DNA of 64,000 bases from assembly GCA_965226375.1 (NCBI GenBank), contig CBDDCX010000008.1, forward strand, positions 1,632,001-1,696,000, given 5' to 3'. This DNA comes from Longimicrobiales bacterium. Its GTDB lineage: Bacteria; Gemmatimonadota; Gemmatimonadetes; Longimicrobiales; Gaopeijiaceae. Both the position numbers and the translations under genes were made by a program. The notes below the pieces were generated by a model, which was not told the origin of the DNA, did not search any database, and saw nothing but the letters and a program-made list of their open reading frames with translations. This document shows, in pieces, positions 59,949 to 64,000 of this stretch; the stretch's first letter is position 1, and each line of letters opens with the position of its first letter.

Positions 59949-60917
59949 ATGCGCTCCTCTCAAGCCGACCCACCCCTTTGGAAACTGACGCTCGCTTTCG
60001 CGTCTGTCTATTTCATCTGGGGCTCCACCTACCTCGCGATCCGATTCACCATCGAGACGCTCCCGCCGTTCTCGATGGCGGCAGTTCGATTCTTCGTGGC
60101 AGGCGCCATCCTCTACGCCTTCGCACGACGCCGGGCCGAGCGTCCCACCGGGCGCCACTGGCTCTCGGCCACCATCGTCGGCACGCTGTTGTTAGGAGGC
60201 GGAAACGGCGGGGTGGTTTGGGCCATCCAATGGGTGCCTTCCGGACTTACCGCCGTGATCATCGCGACCGTGTCCCTTTGGATGGTTCTCATCGATTGGC
60301 TTACCGGGGGTAGTGAGCGCCCATCGAACTCGCTGATAGCGGGACTCCTGTGTGGTCTCCTGGGAGTGGGCCTCCTGGTCGGCTCGGACCAGGTGGGTGC
60401 CCAGAGTCGGGAGGGACTGTTGGGCGCTCTGGCACTCCTGGGCGCCGCGCTCGCCTGGGCCTCGGGATCGATCTATGCCCGTCGAGCCCGGCTCCCGGCC
60501 TCACCGTGGCTGACCACAGCCATGCAGATGCTCTCGGGAGGAACGGTGCTGGCCATCATGGCGGTCTTGGCCGGCGAACCGGGACAGCTCGATGTGGCGA
60601 GGGTGTCTGTGAAGTCCGCGGCGTCTCTCGCGTACCTGATCCTCTTCGGCGCCGTAGTCGCCTACTCGGCGTACATCTGGCTTTTGGGTGTGACCACACC
60701 CGCTCGGGCCACGACCTACGCCTACGTGAATCCTGCCGTGGCTGTCCTCCTCGGATGGCTCTTGGCCGACGAGCAAATCGACGTAAGGACCGGCCTGGCC
60801 ATGGCCATGATCCTGTCGGCCGTGATCGTTGTAACGCTCAGGGGTGGCCGACGGAGACGCGACGTTCCACCGACCCGCGCCTCTCAACCCGTGGCAGCCT
60901 CCTCGCACCTCGAGTAG
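59949..60917 (+). CDS. EamA/DMT family transporter (YedA-like)
   Basis: VYFIWGSTYLAIR, YAYVNPAVAV.LG. Confidence 0.92.
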   Translation: MRSSQADPPLWKLTLAFASVYFIWGSTYLAIRFTIETLPPFSMAAVRFFVAGAILYAFARRRAERPTGRHWLSATIVGTLLLGGGNGGVVWAIQWVPSGLTAVIIATVSLWMVLIDWLTGGSERPSNSLIAGLLCGLLGVGLLVGSDQVGAQSREGLLGALALLGAALAWASGSIYARRARLPASPWLTTAMQMLSGGTVLAIMAVLAGEPGQLDVARVSVKSAASLAYLILFGAVVAYSAYIWLLGVTTPARATTYAYVNPAVAVLLGWLLADEQIDVRTGLAMAMILSAVIVVTLRGGRRRRDVPPTRASQPVAASSHLE

Positions 60918-61717
60918 GTACCGAAGACCCGCGTCTCTACAGCGACGTCCTCCAGCACCCGCAGGCACTCGGCCAGGTCCTCGGGCCCGTCGGCACGAAC
61001 CTCCATGTAGAACCGATATTGCCAGGGCGCACCCTTGATGGGTCGGGCGACGATCTGGGTCATGTCTACACCGTGGCCGGCGAAGACGCCCATCACATCG
61101 TGAAGACCCCCCGGCTCGTTTCGGATCACAGCCGCTACTGCGGCACAGTCTCCCATCCCGGCCGACTCTGATCCCGGCGCCGTCAACTCGAAGAAGCGGG
61201 TGTAGTTCCGGTCGTCGTCCTCCACTCCGTCTCTCAGCACCTCGGCACCGTATAGCTCTGCAGCGAACGACGATCCGATGGCGGCATCGTAGGCGGCGGT
61301 GCCCTGCATGAGGTCTCTGACGCTGCCGGCCGTGTCGTACACGACCACACTCTCCATGAGAGGATACGCATCGAAGAGCCCCTTACACTGCTTCAGAGCA
61401 ACCGGATGCGACGCCACCGTCCTCAAATCCTCGAGATGAGCGCCTGGCGCGGCCGAGAGGCATAGGCGGATCCGAACACGCGTTTCCCCCACGACCCGAA
61501 GGCCCGTGGACCACAACAGATCCAGAGACTCGACCACGGGCCCCGCCAAAGAGTTCTCAACCGGAATCACGGCCCGGTCCACATCGTGGCTCAGAACGGA
61601 TTCGAACGCCTGGTCGAACGTCCTGCATGGATGAAGGTCTATCTCGGGCCCGAGCAGCTGCTGGGCCGCCGCATGACTGAACGCGCCCGCCTCTCCCTGA
61701 ATCGCAACCCGGGTCAT
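60884..61717 (-). CDS. pheA: Prephenate dehydratase
   Basis: QGEAGAFSH, PVENS, SHPVALKQC, NYTRF, ACT domain. Confidence 0.92.
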   Translation of the reverse strand: MTRVAIQGEAGAFSHAAAQQLLGPEIDLHPCRTFDQAFESVLSHDVDRAVIPVENSLAGPVVESLDLLWSTGLRVVGETRVRIRLCLSAAPGAHLEDLRTVASHPVALKQCKGLFDAYPLMESVVVYDTAGSVRDLMQGTAAYDAAIGSSFAAELYGAEVLRDGVEDDDRNYTRFFELTAPGSESAGMGDCAAVAAVIRNEPGGLHDVMGVFAGHGVDMTQIVARPIKGAPWQYRFYMEVRADGPEDLAECLRVLEDVAVETRVFGTYSRCEEAATG

Positions 61718-62016
61718 CCGGGCTCTACTCCCGAATCCTCCGAGTGGGGCCACTGCGAAAGGGAGATGAGGCGCCAAAACACATCCCGCACAATTTCGGG
61801 GTCCAGGCCAAAGTCCCTTGCCACCTCGGCGGCCTGGCGCACCACCGTCCCCTCGCGGGCTGGATCCGCGACCGCCAGTTCGCCGCGGTGCTTCAGGACG
61901 CGGGCCTGCCGCGCCAGGTCCAGTCGGGTCGCCATGAGCCCCACGAGAGACCGATCGATCTCGTCGATCTCACCCCGTACGACCTGCAGATCTCTAACTG
62001 CTGCTATCGTAGTCAT
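61714..62016 (-). CDS. Chorismate mutase (AroQ type II)
   Basis: RGEIDEIDR.LV.L...R, K, D.ARE; stop overlaps pheA start. Confidence 0.88.
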   Translation of the reverse strand: MTTIAAVRDLQVVRGEIDEIDRSLVGLMATRLDLARQARVLKHRGELAVADPAREGTVVRQAAEVARDFGLDPEIVRDVFWRLISLSQWPHSEDSGVEPG

Positions 62017-62035
62017 TGCAGATTCCTTTGAATAC

Positions 62036-62067
62036 AAAAAGACGCCCTAGCGATTTGCCAGGACGTC
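62036..62067 (-). terminator. Leader terminator (attenuator) upstream of chorismate mutase
   Basis: GACGTCCTGGC-AAATC-GCTAGGGCGTC-TTTTT on minus strand. Confidence 0.75.
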
Positions 62068-62093
62068 GATCCACTCACGGTTTGGTCTGGGTG

Positions 62094-62183
62094 CTACACC
62101 GCATCCACCTCGGGCCGAACGCCTGGCAACGATTTACCTGGCGAGCCCATAAATCGACCGCTCGAGGAGAAGAGAATGTTCAT
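62094..62183 (-). CDS. Candidate leaderless leader peptide (29 aa)
   Basis: TTGACA-N18-AACTAT then ATG 7 nt later; MNILFSSSGRFMGSPGKSLPGVRPEVDAV. Confidence 0.4.
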   Translation of the reverse strand: MNILFSSSGRFMGSPGKSLPGVRPEVDAV

Positions 62184-62231
62184 GGGCGGATAGTTGTCCG
62201 AAGCCCGAGGGGGTGTCAAGGACCACGAACG

Positions 62232-62663
62232 TCAGGCCCCTTCCTGGATGTACTGCCTCAGAGCCGCATTCTCGTCCTCGGCGCCGCGCCGAAAAGCGTT
62301 GACGACATCGCCGATCGTGACGATCCCGGCCAACCTACCCTCCTCGATAACGGGAAGGTGTCGGATCCGGTTCTCCGTCATGACCTCCATTACGTGAGCA
62401 AGGTCGTCGTCGGGCGTCAGTTTGATGACCTCGTGAGTCATCACCTCACCGACTTCTAGAGCTGCGAGCTTATCGGGTTTCGCCGCCGCGAGACGGAGGA
62501 TGTCACGTTCGGTGAGGATTCCGATGACCTTCTCGCCATCCACAACCACAACGCCACCGATGTTTCGGTCTACGAGAAGACGGACAGCTTGGAGGACACG
62601 GTCGCCTGCGGACGCGGTGACGACTTCATGCCCTTTGTGGCGGAGGATATCCTTGATCTTCAT
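62232..62663 (-). CDS. CBS domain-containing protein
   Basis: GILTERD, RIRHLPV, GIVTIGDVV. Confidence 0.92.
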   Translation of the reverse strand: MKIKDILRHKGHEVVTASAGDRVLQAVRLLVDRNIGGVVVVDGEKVIGILTERDILRLAAAKPDKLAALEVGEVMTHEVIKLTPDDDLAHVMEVMTENRIRHLPVIEEGRLAGIVTIGDVVNAFRRGAEDENAALRQYIQEGA

Positions 62664-63011
62664 ACCTACCTCCTGCTGACGGGTGCGATCACTTTCCAAT
62701 CTCGGGCGTGAAAGCGTGGCGCGCCAATGTCCACATCCGGCAGGGCCCACCTCTGTGGGTTCCCGCTCTCATCGTGACACGGGAGCGCCACCCATTCGCG
62801 TCACGGGAGCCCCACCGATCGACGCCTCGAGAAGGAGACTCCGAGACGGCCAAGACGCTTGCCGTCCATAGTCGAACTGGACAGGTTACGCACCGTCGGT
62901 GTCAACGTCGCGGAGATGCCGGCTCCACTCCTTTGTCCCGCCTGGGACACAGATCCGGAGGCCAACGCTCTCACCCCCCGACCAGGGTCCCAGGGAAGGT
63001 GTACATACCAC

Positions 63012-63392
63012 GTGGGTAAATACATTGCGCCCGGCCACGACGGCAATCGCCGGATGGCACTGTTGACGTTGACGATCGTCGTGCTGGCGGGGACCAGCGT
63101 GTGGCTGGCCAGTAACCGCCAAGTCGGTCCCGATCCCGCGCAGGAGGCGCTGCATTCGCCTCAGGAGGCGCTCACCCTGTGTCAGACAGCCATCAACTCC
63201 CGGTTCGCCTCCCAGAGCCCCACACTCCTGGGGCTCGGGGTGGAGTACCTCCAAGGTGGAGAGTACGAAATCCGAGGGACCCTCACGCTCCGAAACGGCT
63301 CGCGACGGATCCGAAACGAGGTGGTCTGTATCGCACAGTTCAGTGCGACCGAAGGGTGGGACGCCGAGGAGATTTCACTCGAACCGAGCTGA
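63012..63392 (+). CDS. Hypothetical membrane-anchored protein
   Basis: One TM segment, two Cys; start 63012 or 63054. Confidence 0.55.
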   Translation: MGKYIAPGHDGNRRMALLTLTIVVLAGTSVWLASNRQVGPDPAQEALHSPQEALTLCQTAINSRFASQSPTLLGLGVEYLQGGEYEIRGTLTLRNGSRRIRNEVVCIAQFSATEGWDAEEISLEPS

Positions 63393-63402
63393 TCGGCCGT
63401 GT

Positions 63403-63846
63403 CTACTTGAAACGCTTCGAGGGAGCTTTGGCCTCGGGGTGTTTGAAGTGGTAGTAGTGCAATGATCCCACGTGTTCGATATGGACGTGGACTGTGGCTA
63501 TCGAAGGTTGATCCTTGTTGCTGACGCTGAAGGACATGAACGACACGCCCGGTGAGAGCACGAGGCCATCGGCAAACAGCGCGTCCTCGTCGGCGGGAAA
63601 AGCATACTTGGTCGTCGCATAACGCTCGATCTCGGCAACGGTGGTACGTATGTCGGACAGCACCGTCGAGTTGAACGCCCTCTGGCGCACCTCGTCGAAC
63701 TGGGGGATGGCGATGGTGGCGAGCAAGCCGATGATGACCGTCACGATCATGAGCTCGATCAGCGTGAAGCCGGCAAGGCTGTGAGCACGGCTCGTGCCTC
63801 GCGCCGTGTTGGACCAATAAAAGTGGCGAGTCGATCGAGTCTCCAT
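63403..63846 (-). CDS. Type IV pilin-like protein
   Basis: G|FTLIELMIVTVIIGLLATIAIP prepilin cleavage/methylation motif. Confidence 0.88.
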   Translation of the reverse strand: METRSTRHFYWSNTARGTSRAHSLAGFTLIELMIVTVIIGLLATIAIPQFDEVRQRAFNSTVLSDIRTTVAEIERYATTKYAFPADEDALFADGLVLSPGVSFMSFSVSNKDQPSIATVHVHIEHVGSLHYYHFKHPEAKAPSKRFK

Positions 63847-64000
63847 AGAGGTAATATACTCTGGAACGCCGCCTGTCGCCTGTTCTTTAGGCCAGCGCGG
63901 ACGGATGATGGCCGAGCCAGTTGACGCAAGGCGACGTTTCTGTGAGGTTACGGCGAATAAAGACATTGAGGGCAGGCCGGAAGCAGATGTACTGATGCGG

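Noticed and set aside
60884..60917. 34-bp convergent overlap of the EamA gene and pheA
   Set aside because: Short 3' overlaps of unconserved tails are common in GC-rich genomes.
62060..62115. T-box riboswitch upstream of chorismate mutase
   Set aside because: GAGTGGATCG lacks the GGTGGNACC core and no stem I/specifier loop is visible.

Overview
GC-rich bacterial chromosomal segment, most likely Gemmatimonadota (inferred from the Ser/Thr kinase N-terminus and the three PadR + duplicated-orphan-ABC-permease modules). Housekeeping genes are greA, purE, tyrS, menF-D-B-A-E, lutABC and chorismate mutase-pheA. They are interspersed with many exported amide/peptide hydrolases, one intact IS481-family element and several lesions: three deletion junctions, one tandem duplication and three single-base frameshifts that may be assembly errors. 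No rRNA, tRNA or CRISPR array was seen. The most unusual signals are: (1) an unannotated ~290-nt transcription unit at 18.67-19.05 kb with an NrdR-like box, a sigma70 promoter, an 11-nt Shine-Dalgarno, a 20-codon ORF and a terminator; (2) an exported M42 peptidase paired with a catalytically degenerate paralogue and a Tat aminotransferase; (3) a hybrid histidine kinase lacking its His, coupled to an unknown protein; (4) a phosphonatase-like operon with a class IV aminotransferase; (5) a candidate leaderless attenuator upstream of chorismate mutase/pheA; (6) three PadR-permease modules, each with a different operator and each with a damaged permease. All family calls come from motif recognition, not database searches.
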